The notes under the pieces are model-generated. The model was not told the DNA's origin and ran no database searches. It was given only the letters and a program-made list of their open reading frames with translations. The translations under genes were made by a program, and so were the position numbers. From Angustibacter luteus (GTDB lineage Bacteria; Actinomycetota; Actinomycetes; Actinomycetales; Angustibacteraceae), in the NCBI RefSeq assembly GCF_039541115.1, contig NZ_BAABFP010000004.1, forward strand, positions 496,001 through 560,000: a stretch of 64,000 nucleotides of DNA, read 5' to 3'. This document shows positions 19,933 to 28,927 of this stretch, in pieces (positions within the stretch are counted from its first letter, which is position 1; every line of letters starts with the position of its first letter).

Positions 19933-20195
19933 GTGCGGAAGGTGAGGCGGCTCAGGCCGCTCAGGTCCAGCCAGCGCGCGTGCGGCGCGGTGACCAGCTT
20001 GAGGACCGCCTCGCCGCAGCCGCGGCAGCGCATCACCGTGCCCGGCGCCTGGGTGTAGACCCGGGTCTCCGCCATCGGGGCCTCGTGACCGCAGTGCGCG
20101 CACTCGCCCATCGCGGCGGTGACGTCGACGGCGAACAGCTCGAGCAGGTCGCCCGCCACCGCGTTGCCGTCCACGTAGTGGTCCTCCACCTGCAT
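19914..20195 (-). CDS. Small zinc-ribbon protein (DUF6510-like)
   Basis: DGNAVAG.L.E.F..D.T, CAHC...APG.V.RCRGC, WLDLSG; GGAGG RBS. Confidence 0.75.
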   Translation of the reverse strand: MQVEDHYVDGNAVAGDLLELFAVDVTAAMGECAHCGHEAPMAETRVYTQAPGTVMRCRGCGEAVLKLVTAPHARWLDLSGLSRLTFRTDPALA

Positions 20196-20288
20196 GGCGT
20201 CCTCCGATGCGCGTAGGTTCGCAGCCCAGGGTGCCGTGCCGCGCGCTGCACCGCTAGACCCGATCTGTCCGCAGTGCGGGAGGTGCCC

Positions 20289-20711
20289 GTGTCCCAGCAG
20301 CGTCCGGCCGTCGTCGCGCAGCTGTCCGTCCGGCGCGGCCGGGAGGCCGTCGACTTCTACCGGGCGGCGTTCGGGGCCGTCGAGGTCTACCGGGTCGGCG
20401 GCACGGACGACGACCCCGAGCTGGTCTCTCAGCTGCAGATCGCCGGCACGACGTTCTGGGTGGCGGACGAGTCACCGGCGCACGGCAACCCCAGCCCCGA
20501 GACCGTCGGTGGCTGCACCACGCGGCTGCTGCTCGTCGTCGACGACCCGGACGCGGTGGTGACGCAGGCGGTCGGGGCCGGTGCCCGCGAGGTCCAGCCC
20601 GTCACCGAGGACTACGGCTGGCGGCTGGGTCGCATCGAGGACCCGTTCGGCCACCACTGGGAGGTCGGGCACCCACTCGGAGCCTGGCCGCCGACGTCCG
20701 GGCCGCACTAG
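20289..20711 (+). CDS. VOC family protein (PhnB-like)
   Basis: AVDFYRAAFGA.E, VDDPDA, YGWRLGRIEDPFGHHW; GGGAGG RBS. Confidence 0.85.
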   Translation: MSQQRPAVVAQLSVRRGREAVDFYRAAFGAVEVYRVGGTDDDPELVSQLQIAGTTFWVADESPAHGNPSPETVGGCTTRLLLVVDDPDAVVTQAVGAGAREVQPVTEDYGWRLGRIEDPFGHHWEVGHPLGAWPPTSGPH

Positions 20712-22120
20712 AGGTCGGTCTTGGCCTCCACCCGGCCGGACGCGACGGCCTGCGCCAGCGCGGCGTGGTCGAGGGCGTTCTGCTCCGCGTAGGTCACGGA
20801 GAAGTCGGCGACCGCCTCCTCGAAGTGTGACTTCGAGCCCAGGTAGGCGGCGATCGCCACCCGGTCGCCGGAGCGGGCGTGGGCGCGGGCCAGCGTCTGC
20901 GCGCACAGCCTCCCGTAGTAGGTCATCGTGCGCGGCTCCATGATCTCGACGACGGCCGAGCCCTTGCCGTCGCGGAGCTGGCGCACGTAGAAGTCACGCT
21001 CGGTGCCCTCCGGCCCGGTACCGCTCTGCCAGCCCAGGAAGATGTCGCTGGCCGCCTGCATCAGGTGCTGGCCGCGCACCACGCGCTCCCCGTGGTTGTG
21101 CACGGACGGGATGTCGACGAAGTCCGCGAGGACCGACGGCTGGGCCTCCTTCGCCTGCAGGAACAGTGGGTCGCCGCTGTCGACTCCCTCGAACAGCAGG
21201 ATCCAGGCGCGGGTGCCGACGCTGCCCACGCCGACGACCTTGCGGGCCACCTGGACCAGCCGGAACTGCTCCAGCAGGTGCTGGCGGTCGGACTGCAACG
21301 TCGTCCGGTAGGAGCGCACGAGGTCGCGCAGGGTCGCGTAGATGTAGTCCGACTCCTCGTGCGGCCACAGCTCCTCGACCGGGACCAGCAGCGGGGGTTG
21401 GCTGAGGATGCGGACCTGGCCGTCGACCGTCGTGGTCAGCTTGCCCAAGGCCTGCAGGCTGTTCTTGTTGCGGGCCTTCTTCAGGGCCGCCTCGGCCCGC
21501 GCGGTGACCTTGTCACCCAGGTGCTCGCCCAGCGTCCTGATGGCCTCCTCCATGTCGAGGTGGGTGTACCAGACGTCGAGGTTTCCCTGCCGCGCGAACG
21601 AGCGCATGGTCTCGCGGTAGGTGGCCGCCGCGGCCGCCGCGACCTTGCGCTGCTGCTTCGCCGAGAAGTCGTTGTTCTGGGCCGCCACGGTCAGGCTGGC
21701 GCACAGCCGCTTGATGTCCCACTCGAACGGGCCCGGGTGCGTCTCGTCGAAGTCGTTCAGGTCGAACACCAACCGCCGCTCCGGGGTGGCGAAGGCACCG
21801 AAGTTGCTCAGGTGGGCATCGCCGCAGAGCTGGACCGAGAGCCCCGAGCTCGGTGACCGGGACAGGTCACCCGCCATCAGCAGCGCCCCGCCGCGGTAGA
21901 AGGTGAACGGCGTGGCCAGCATCCGCCCGTACCGGATCGGCACCAGCTCAGGCACCCGCGTGGTGGCCTGCCCCTCGAGCACGTCGACCGGATCGGGCCG
22001 GCCCTGCGGGACGTAGTCCGCGTGCGAGTCCAGCGGGAGCCGCTCGCGGGCCGCCTTTCCGGCTGCGACCCGCTCATCACGGGTCAGGTGCGGGATGGAG
22101 TGAGCGTCCGTGGCTGTCAT
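20708..22120 (-). CDS. DUF2252 family protein (kinase-like fold)
   Basis: RVPELVPIRYGRM, PFTFYRG, CGDAHLSNFG, FDLNDFDE, KVVGVGSVGTR, LARAHARSGD. Confidence 0.88.
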   Translation of the reverse strand: MTATDAHSIPHLTRDERVAAGKAARERLPLDSHADYVPQGRPDPVDVLEGQATTRVPELVPIRYGRMLATPFTFYRGGALLMAGDLSRSPSSGLSVQLCGDAHLSNFGAFATPERRLVFDLNDFDETHPGPFEWDIKRLCASLTVAAQNNDFSAKQQRKVAAAAAATYRETMRSFARQGNLDVWYTHLDMEEAIRTLGEHLGDKVTARAEAALKKARNKNSLQALGKLTTTVDGQVRILSQPPLLVPVEELWPHEESDYIYATLRDLVRSYRTTLQSDRQHLLEQFRLVQVARKVVGVGSVGTRAWILLFEGVDSGDPLFLQAKEAQPSVLADFVDIPSVHNHGERVVRGQHLMQAASDIFLGWQSGTGPEGTERDFYVRQLRDGKGSAVVEIMEPRTMTYYGRLCAQTLARAHARSGDRVAIAAYLGSKSHFEEAVADFSVTYAEQNALDHAALAQAVASGRVEAKTDL

Positions 22121-22238
22121 GGTGGCCTCCGCCTGTTGCTGGGCATTGCATCCCTGCGGAGGCGATCTTGGCAAGTGACCAGCCGCCGCTCGGCCCACGG
22201 GTTCGGTATCAGGAGCGACCATCGGGGGTCTTGTCAGG

Positions 22239-25200
22239 GTGACAGCGAAACGCACCAGGCCACCCAGCCGCACCGTGGTCGTCGCGACCGCCGGCTACGG
22301 CAAGACGACCGCGCTGGAGTCGGAGGCCCCCGCCGCCGGGCTGCGCCGGCAGGCGGTCGACCTGGTTGCCGGACCGCTGCCGGACGCGCCGTGGCTCGGG
22401 ATCGACGACCTCGATGTGCTGTCCGCCGGCGACCGGCTGCTCCTGCTGGAGCGGCTGGCGGCCCTGCCCGACGACGTCGGGTTCACGTTGACTGCCCGGT
22501 GCCCGCTGGACGACGCGCTGCTGGCGACGTTGCCCGGCCCGGTGCTCGAACGCGGGCCGCAGGACCTCCGGCTGAGCACGTACCAGGTCGCCGGCCTGCT
22601 CGCTCAGGAGTACGGCGTCCAGGACCCGGCCGCGGCCGGACGCGTGCACGCCGCGACGGCGGGCTGGCCCATGCTGGTGCACTTCGCCGCGGACCTGGTC
22701 GCCCGGGAGCCGGACGCGGACGTCGTCACGGCGCTCGCCGCTCCGGGCACGGCCTCGGCTCGCTGGGTCACGGCCCAGGTGCTGGCCTACCTGGAGCCCG
22801 CCGTCCGCGACGCCCTGCGGGTCGCCGCCGCCCTCGGCCCGTTCACCGCCCGGCTGCTCGAGAACCTCTCGCCGCTGGGTTCGGCCGCCGCAGCGGCGGC
22901 CGTCGACCGGCTCTGCCGCAGCGGCGTTCTCGTCGCTCGGCAGCGGCCCGGCGGCCTGGGCCTGACGGTGGTGGTGCCGGTGGTGGCGCAGGTGCTGGCC
23001 GCTGCCACCCGCTCCGCGGTCGGCGCCGACAAGCTGGTGACCGCGGCGCGCAGCTACCAGGACGACGACCTGCCCTTCCCCGCAGCGCGCGCCTGGCAGC
23101 TCGCCGGCGATCTCGAGGCCGCTCGCCGGATGGTCGAGCAGCAGGGTGCGCAGATGCTCGCCGCCGGGCACGCGGCCGGGGTGGTCGCGCTCCTGGACGA
23201 GCTCGGTGCCACCGAGTCCACCCTGCTGCAGCGCACCCGGGCGGACGCGCTGCGGATGGTCGGCGACACCGCGGGCGCGCTGCGCGCGTACGCGCCGCTG
23301 GTGGAGCGCGCCGACCGCGACGGGTGGGACGCCGCACTGTCCGGCCAGGTCGCCGCCGTGCACTACGCCTGCGGGGAGCCCAGAGCGGCGCTGGTCGCGC
23401 TCGACCGGATCAGCGCCGACGCGGCGTCCGGTGACCGCGACGGCATCCTGTGGAGGGCCTGCCGGGCCCAGGTGCTCGCCACGCTCGGCCGGGACGACGA
23501 GGCCGTCACCGTTGCGGCACAAGCGGTTTCGGATGCCGAGGCGGGTGACGACAAGCACGCCGCCGCCGAGGCGCACTCGGCGATGGCCCGGGTCTGCCGC
23601 GGGTCCCAGAAGGAGGCGCATCTCGAACGAGCCCTGGACGCGGCGACCAGCGCCGGCGATGCCCTCGCCGCCATGCGGGTCCGCGTCAACCAGTCGTGCC
23701 TCGCCCTCGCCGCGGCCCGCTACGGGCAGGCCTGCACGGCCGCCCGGGAGGCGGTCCGGCTGGGTGAGCTCGGCAGCCCACCAGGGCGGTACGCGGTCGC
23801 GCTGCACAACCTCGGCGAGGCCCTGCTGCGGGTCGGCGAGTACGGCGAGGCGACGTGGCAGCTGCAGCGGTCGGTTGCCATGTTCCGCGGCCTCGGGCCG
23901 GGGCGCTGCGGCATGGGCCTCGTGGGCCTCGGCGAGGTCCACCGCGAGCTCGGGCACGACGAGCAGGCGCGGGCCGCGTACCTGGAGGCCGTCGACCTGG
24001 GCCGGGACAGCGGCGAGCTGCAGGTCCTGGTCCCTGCCCTCGCCGGCCTCGCCCGGCTGCGCGCGGCCGACGACCCCGACGAGGCGTACCGGCTCGCCGA
24101 CGAGGCGGTCCGCGGCGCCTCGGCGAGCCAACGGCCGTTCGCGCACCTGGGGATGGGCTGGGTGCACCTCGTCCGCGGCGACCGTGCCGACGCCGCGATC
24201 TGGGCCGGCCGGGCGGTGGAGTCCGCCCGCGACGTCCACGCCCTCGACGTCCTGGCCGAGGCGCTCGAGCTCACCGCGGCTGCCACCGATGACCCCGCCC
24301 TCGCCCACCGTGCCCTGGGTGAGGCCCTGGCGATCTGGCGGGACGGCGGCGCCACCACCGCCGAGGCCCGCGTCGAGCTGCTGATCGGCTGGCAGCCGGC
24401 CGCCGACGGGGCGGACCGGTCCCGTGCCCGGGACGCCGCCCGCCGGCTGCAGCGGCTCGGCATCCTGCACGTGCACGGCCGGCCGGTCACCGACCAGGCG
24501 AGTGCGCACCAGGTGACGATCCAGGTGCTCGGCGGCTTCACCGTCGGCGTCGGCGGGGCGCCGGTGCCCTTCACCGCCTGGCGCTCGCGACAGGCCCGGA
24601 CCCTGGTCAAGGTGCTAGCGGCGCGACGCGGGCGTCCGGTCAGCCGGGCGTCGCTGTGCGAGCTGCTCTGGCCCGACGACGACCCCGCGAAGACCGCGCA
24701 CCGGCTCTCGGTGCTGCTGGCCACCGTGCGCGGGGTGCTCGACCCGGGACGGGACTGGCCGGCCGAGCACTACGTCGGCGCGGACCCGCAGGGGATCCGG
24801 CTCGACCTGGCGCACGTCGCGCTGGACGCGGACGCCCTCGTGCACGACGCCGATGCCGCTGCCGCGCTGATGGACGCCGGGGAGCGCGAGCGGGCTCGCG
24901 AGATCCTCACGGACGTGGACGGTCGGTACCGCGGCGGCGCCCTCGAGGACGAGCTGGGTGAGGAGTGGGCCGACGGCTTCCGCGAGGAGGTGCGCGCCGC
25001 GTGGCTGCGGTCGCTGCGCCGGCTGGCCTGGCTGCACGCCGGGCAGGGACGTCCGGCCGACGCGCAGGTGCTGCTCGTGCGCCTGCTGGACGCCGACCCG
25101 TACGACACCAACGTGCACCGGCTGCTGGTCACGACGCTCGTGCGCGGCGGCCGGCACGGGGAGGCGCGGCGGGCGTTCGCGCGCTGGGCCGAGGCGATGG

Positions 25201-25280
25201 ACGCCGTGGACGCCCCGCCGCCGGACGACGCCGTGCTGGGCTCGAGCGGGCTGGGCTCAGGCGTTCTGACGCCACGATGA
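22239..25280 (+). CDS. Large transcriptional regulator: MalT-like P-loop region, TPR region, C-terminal winged helix plus BTAD (SARP-type)
   Basis: VVVATAGYGKTT; AGWPMLV; ALHNLGEALLRVGEY TPR-like; IQVLGGF...WRSRQARTLVKVL...LCELLWPD; LL.ADPYD...HRLLV. Confidence 0.8.
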   Translation: MTAKRTRPPSRTVVVATAGYGKTTALESEAPAAGLRRQAVDLVAGPLPDAPWLGIDDLDVLSAGDRLLLLERLAALPDDVGFTLTARCPLDDALLATLPGPVLERGPQDLRLSTYQVAGLLAQEYGVQDPAAAGRVHAATAGWPMLVHFAADLVAREPDADVVTALAAPGTASARWVTAQVLAYLEPAVRDALRVAAALGPFTARLLENLSPLGSAAAAAAVDRLCRSGVLVARQRPGGLGLTVVVPVVAQVLAAATRSAVGADKLVTAARSYQDDDLPFPAARAWQLAGDLEAARRMVEQQGAQMLAAGHAAGVVALLDELGATESTLLQRTRADALRMVGDTAGALRAYAPLVERADRDGWDAALSGQVAAVHYACGEPRAALVALDRISADAASGDRDGILWRACRAQVLATLGRDDEAVTVAAQAVSDAEAGDDKHAAAEAHSAMARVCRGSQKEAHLERALDAATSAGDALAAMRVRVNQSCLALAAARYGQACTAAREAVRLGELGSPPGRYAVALHNLGEALLRVGEYGEATWQLQRSVAMFRGLGPGRCGMGLVGLGEVHRELGHDEQARAAYLEAVDLGRDSGELQVLVPALAGLARLRAADDPDEAYRLADEAVRGASASQRPFAHLGMGWVHLVRGDRADAAIWAGRAVESARDVHALDVLAEALELTAAATDDPALAHRALGEALAIWRDGGATTAEARVELLIGWQPAADGADRSRARDAARRLQRLGILHVHGRPVTDQASAHQVTIQVLGGFTVGVGGAPVPFTAWRSRQARTLVKVLAARRGRPVSRASLCELLWPDDDPAKTAHRLSVLLATVRGVLDPGRDWPAEHYVGADPQGIRLDLAHVALDADALVHDADAAAALMDAGERERAREILTDVDGRYRGGALEDELGEEWADGFREEVRAAWLRSLRRLAWLHAGQGRPADAQVLLVRLLDADPYDTNVHRLLVTTLVRGGRHGEARRAFARWAEAMDAVDAPPPDDAVLGSSGLGSGVLTPR

Positions 25281-25292
25281 CGGCGCGCTGAC
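25267..25292 (+). promoter_or_regulatory. Direct-repeat box (TGAC at 11-bp period x3), candidate SARP/BTAD binding site
   Basis: TGACGCCACGA-TGACGGCGCGC-TGAC; a 15/16 identical copy lies upstream of the 26444 gene on the minus strand. Confidence 0.6.
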
Positions 25293-25364
25293 ACCTTCGA
25301 TCTCGCCGTACCGAAGCGGCTGGCCGTCCGAACCGGCGGCTCACGACCAGCAGGGGGAAACACC

Positions 25365-25859
25365 ATGTCTCACAAGATCATCCGCATCGCCACCGTCGTC
25401 ACCGCCGCGGCCGCCGCCGGGTTGCTGGGCGTCGCATCGCCCAGCGCCGCGAGCGCCGCCCCGGCGTCCGAGGTCTGCGGCAAGGGGGGAGTCGTCCTGT
25501 ACGGCGGTGCGGGGAACGACACGCTCACCGGCACCAACGGCAACGACATCATCTACGGCCTCGGTGGTGACGACCGCATCGACGGCAAGGGCGGGAACGA
25601 CGTCCTGGTCGGCGGGCCCGGGTGGGACACCATCAGGGGTGGGGACGGCAACGACTGCATCAGCGGGGGCACGGGGAACGACACGGTCTCGGGCGAGCGG
25701 GGCGACGACTGCGTCGCCGGCGACGAGGACAACGACTTCGTCAGCGGTGGCCCCGGCAAGGACGACCTGGACGGCGGTGACAACGCGGACGGCAGCTCGG
25801 GGTTCGACATGTGGTACCTCCCGGACGCACAGGACTCGGCCGCCCGCATGGAGTACTGA
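25365..25859 (+). CDS. Secreted calcium-binding protein made almost entirely of RTX/hemolysin-type GGxGxD repeats
   Basis: Sec signal (ASA|A); about 11 nonapeptides GGAGNDTLT, GTNGNDIIY, GLGGDDRID ... GGPGKDDLD. Confidence 0.85.
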   Translation: MSHKIIRIATVVTAAAAAGLLGVASPSAASAAPASEVCGKGGVVLYGGAGNDTLTGTNGNDIIYGLGGDDRIDGKGGNDVLVGGPGWDTIRGGDGNDCISGGTGNDTVSGERGDDCVAGDEDNDFVSGGPGKDDLDGGDNADGSSGFDMWYLPDAQDSAARMEY

Positions 25860-25888
25860 GCGGGCGTCGTCCCTTCGTTCACACGTCA

Positions 25889-25926
25889 CAGATGGGGCAC
25901 CGGACCGACGTCCGGTGCCCCATCTG
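25889..25926. terminator. Perfect 17-bp hairpin between convergent genes (bidirectional terminator or REP-like element)
   Basis: CAGATGGGGCACCGGAC-CGAC-GTCCGGTGCCCCATCTG. Confidence 0.7.
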
Positions 25927-25943
25927 CGTCAGGTCAGCGCGTC

Positions 25944-26444
25944 CTAGTTCTGGATCGACTGCGCCTGTGACAGGTTCCAGGCGGACCAGCCGCCCTGGAT
26001 CTGGTTGGTCACCCGGAAGCGCACCTTCTGGTAGACCTCCTCGTCGCCGTCCGTGTCGTCGGTGACGGGCAGCGCCGCCCGCACCGTGATGTCCTTCGTC
26101 GCGCCGGCGGCCGGGAAGGACTTGTTCTGCGTCGAGGTCCCGGTGAACTCGTCCAGCGCATCCGGGTCGCCGGCGGCGCCGGCCAGGTCGGACTCCCAGC
26201 GCTCGTGGGTGATCTCGACGCTCACGCCGGCCAGGGACGGGTCGCACGTAAGGTGGTAGACGTAGTCGGCCTGCTTGAGTCCGCCTGCGGTCCAGTGGTT
26301 GGTGAACGCGGGCTTGTCGACGGTGAGGTGGCAGCCGTCCTTGGTGACGGTGCCGACGGCCTGCGCCGACGACGCCACCCCGAGCGGGGCACCGACTCCG
26401 GCGGCCAGCGCGAGGGTGATGGCGAGCTTCCTGCTTCGGTTCAT
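25944..26444 (-). CDS. Secreted hypothetical protein (beta-rich, two Cys)
   Basis: MNRSRKLAITLALAAGVGAPLGVASSAQA signal peptide; GGGGGA RBS; GC3-biased codons. Confidence 0.75.
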   Translation of the reverse strand: MNRSRKLAITLALAAGVGAPLGVASSAQAVGTVTKDGCHLTVDKPAFTNHWTAGGLKQADYVYHLTCDPSLAGVSVEITHERWESDLAGAAGDPDALDEFTGTSTQNKSFPAAGATKDITVRAALPVTDDTDGDEEVYQKVRFRVTNQIQGGWSAWNLSQAQSIQN

Positions 26445-26505
26445 GGTCTTTCCCCCATCTGAAGAGGCGGTCGGGGTGACCGCCGACATCAGAGTCGGTG
26501 GGGGT

Positions 26506-26521
26506 CGTCAGCGTGGCGTCA
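26506..26521 (-). promoter_or_regulatory. Second copy of the direct-repeat box
   Basis: Minus strand reads TGACGCCACGCTGACG, about 60 bp upstream of ATG 26444. Confidence 0.6.
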
Positions 26522-26541
26522 CAACGGTCGGCCAGGCCGGC

Positions 26542-26910
26542 TCAGCAGCAGTGCGGGTCGAGCATCTGGGAGATGGCGTACAGGGACTCCGGCACCAGCC
26601 GGTACCAGACGTTCATGCCGTCCCGCCGCTTCGTGCACAGGCCGGCCTCGAGCAGCTTGCGCAGGTGGTGGCTGACGGTGGCTTCGCTGAGGCCGACGAC
26701 GGGGGCCAGGTCGCAGGTGCAGGCCTCCCAGTTCGGGGCGCCGAGCAGGAACGCCACCAGCTGGAGGCGGGTCGGGTCCGCGAGCGCCTTCAGCCGGACG
26801 GCGAGGGCGACCGCGTCGTCGGCGGTCAGGGTGGGCGTGGCGCCGAGTGGCTCGCAGCAGATCGGTGAGGTGTCCACGAGCAGCGGCAGCGTCTTCGGCA
26901 TGAGGGACAT
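26542..26910 (-). CDS. arsR: ArsR/SmtB metalloregulator
   Basis: CCEP, LKALADPTRL, EACTCDL, SEATVSHHL, terminal CC; divergent from the ars genes. Confidence 0.88.
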   Translation of the reverse strand: MSLMPKTLPLLVDTSPICCEPLGATPTLTADDAVALAVRLKALADPTRLQLVAFLLGAPNWEACTCDLAPVVGLSEATVSHHLRKLLEAGLCTKRRDGMNVWYRLVPESLYAISQMLDPHCC

Positions 26911-26921
26911 CCTGCCACCTT

Positions 26922-26981
26922 CTTGACGAATGTCGAAGAGGTTGGCATGGTTCGGACGACAGTTATTCGATATTCATCGAA
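26922..26981. promoter_or_regulatory. Two ArsR-type dyad operators
   Basis: CTTGACGAATGTCGAAG (26922-26938) and TTCGATATTCATCGAA (26966-26981). Confidence 0.6.
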
Positions 26982-26990
26982 GGAGTCGCC

Positions 26991-27428
26991 ATGTCCCGCG
27001 TCCAGCTCGCCCTCAACGTCGAGAACATCGACGACGCCGTCACCTTCTACTCGACCCTGTTCGACACCCAGCCCGCCAAGCGTCGTCCGGGCTACGCCAA
27101 CTTCGCCGTCGAGAACCCTGCCCTCAAGCTCGTGCTGTTCGAGAACCCCGGCCGGTCCGGCACTCTCAATCACCTCGGGGTCGAGCGCGAGTCGATGGCC
27201 GAGATCGTCGAGCAGGCGGAGCGCCTGGAGGCCGCGGGTCTGCAGCTGGACGTCGAGGGCGACGTCGTCTGCTGCTACGCGCGCCAGGACAAGCACTGGG
27301 TCACCGGTCCGGACGGACAGCGGTGGGAGAACTACGTCGTGCTCGCGGACGCCGGAGCCGACCTCGAGGGCAAGACGCTGGCGGACGTCGGCGCCGCGCC
27401 CGAGAGCTCGGGCTGCTGTGCCGGCTGA
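26991..27428 (+). CDS. ArsI/CadI family VOC metalloenzyme (organoarsenical lyase-like)
   Basis: MSRVQLALNV, PGYANFA, LNHLGVE, vicinal CCYARQDK.WV..PDG..WE. Confidence 0.88.
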   Translation: MSRVQLALNVENIDDAVTFYSTLFDTQPAKRRPGYANFAVENPALKLVLFENPGRSGTLNHLGVERESMAEIVEQAERLEAAGLQLDVEGDVVCCYARQDKHWVTGPDGQRWENYVVLADAGADLEGKTLADVGAAPESSGCCAG

Positions 27429-28113
27429 GCTGGGACGCCGACTGCTGGCCGAGCTGGTCGGGACGGCGGCGCTGGTCACGGTGGTCGTCGGGTCGGGGAT
27501 CGCGGCTCAGCGGCTCTCGCCCCAGGACGTCGGTCTGCAGCTGCTGGAGAACTCGCTGGCGACCGCGCTCGGGCTCGGGGTGCTCGTCCTCGTGCTCGGT
27601 CCGGTGTCCGGAGCGCACCTCAACCCGGTGGTCTCGGCGGCGGACGCCGTCCTGGGCCGTCGGGGCCGCACGGGGCTACGCGCGCGGGACGTCGTCAGCT
27701 ACACCGGCGCCCAGGTGGTGGGCGCGGTGCTCGGTGCCGCCGTCGCCAACGTGATGTTCGACCTGGATGCTGTTCAGGTGTCCACCACCGACCGGACGAC
27801 CAGAGGCCACCTGATCGGCGAGGCCGTGGCGACCGCCGGGCTGGTCCTCGTGGTCTTCGCGCTGGCCCGGACGGGCCGGGGGGCCTGGTCGGCGTCCGCC
27901 GTGGGCGCCTACATCGGAGCGGCGTACTGGTTCACCAGCTCGACGTCGTTCGCCAACCCCGCCGTGACCGTCGGCCGGACGTTCACCGACACCTTCGCGG
28001 GGATCGCCCCGGCATCCGTGCCCGGCTTCGTGCTCGCCCAGGTCGTCGGTGGCGTGCTGGGCCTGGCACTCGTGCTCGTCCTGTACCCCTTCGAGTCCGC
28101 GAGGTCCGCATGA
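27418..28113 (+). CDS. MIP/aquaglyceroporin (AqpS-like arsenite channel)
   Basis: LLAELVGTA, SGAHLNPVV, YWFTSSTSFANPAVT. Confidence 0.88.
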   Translation: MPAELGRRLLAELVGTAALVTVVVGSGIAAQRLSPQDVGLQLLENSLATALGLGVLVLVLGPVSGAHLNPVVSAADAVLGRRGRTGLRARDVVSYTGAQVVGAVLGAAVANVMFDLDAVQVSTTDRTTRGHLIGEAVATAGLVLVVFALARTGRGAWSASAVGAYIGAAYWFTSSTSFANPAVTVGRTFTDTFAGIAPASVPGFVLAQVVGGVLGLALVLVLYPFESARSA

Positions 28114-28514
28114 CCCAGCCCAGGCCGTCCGTGATGTTCGTCTGCGTGCACAACGCCGGCCGGTCCCAGATGGCCGCCGGGTTCCTCACCCACCTGTCCG
28201 AGGGTGCGGTGGAGGTCCGGTCGGCGGGCTCGGTCCCGGCCGACCAGGTCAACCCCGTCGCGGTGGCCGCGATGGCCGAGGTGGGGATCGACATCGCGGA
28301 ACAGCGGCCGAAGGTCCTGACCGCGGACGACGTCCAGGCCTCCGACGTCGTCATCACGATGGGCTGCGGTGACGCGTGCCCGTTCTTCCCCGGGGTGCGC
28401 TACCTCGACTGGGAGCTCGACGACCCCGCCGGGCAGGACCTGGACGCCGTCCGAGCGATCCGCGACGAGATCCGGGCCCGGGTGGAGACTGTCCTGGGCG
28501 AGCTGACGCCCTGA
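28110..28514 (+). CDS. arsC: Arsenate reductase (LMW-PTPase fold)
   Basis: FVCVHNAGRSQMA, ITMGCGDACP, W.L.DP. Confidence 0.92.
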   Translation: MTQPRPSVMFVCVHNAGRSQMAAGFLTHLSEGAVEVRSAGSVPADQVNPVAVAAMAEVGIDIAEQRPKVLTADDVQASDVVITMGCGDACPFFPGVRYLDWELDDPAGQDLDAVRAIRDEIRARVETVLGELTP

Positions 28515-28614
28515 CCCCTGGCGAGACCAGAGAAGTGGGGCACCCAGGGGACGTCAGGTGCCCGCATTCGCTGTTCTCGACGTCCCGCCCACGCGAGCCA
28601 CTCCAGGAGCTCTC

Positions 28615-28914
28615 ATGCCCTCCTTCATCTTCATCTACCGCGCCGGGCCTGACCCCGTACCCGCTGATCGCGTCGCAGAGAACCGCGCCGCGTGGCAGGA
28701 GTGGAACGCCTCACTCCAGGAGGACTACGGGATCCGCACCGCGGGGGGCAGGCTCGTGACGGCGACCGGTCAGACAGACGCGGATGGCGTAATCCGCGGC
28801 GCCTCGATGGTCGACTTCGACTCCCTCGAGCAGGCCGTCAGCGCCGCTCGAGGAGCACCGAACCTGGCCTTCGGCGGAAGTGTCGAGGTGCTCGAGGAGC
28901 TCTCGCAGCGCTGA
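28615..28914 (+). CDS. YCII-like small protein
   Basis: MPSFIFIYR...W..W...GASMVDFDSLEQAV..A..AP...GGSVEV; AGGAG RBS. Confidence 0.6.
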   Translation: MPSFIFIYRAGPDPVPADRVAENRAAWQEWNASLQEDYGIRTAGGRLVTATGQTDADGVIRGASMVDFDSLEQAVSAARGAPNLAFGGSVEVLEELSQR

Positions 28915-28927
28915 CCGCCGGAGTGCG

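Noticed and set aside
26923..27417. N-terminally extended 396-aa aquaporin fusion
   Set aside because: The extension is an alternative frame over the arsI-like gene; MIP similarity begins at about 27418.
1..28927. Intact integrative element or prophage at tRNA-Gly
   Set aside because: No integrase, transfer or phage genes, and no second copy of the tRNA 3' end was found in the window.
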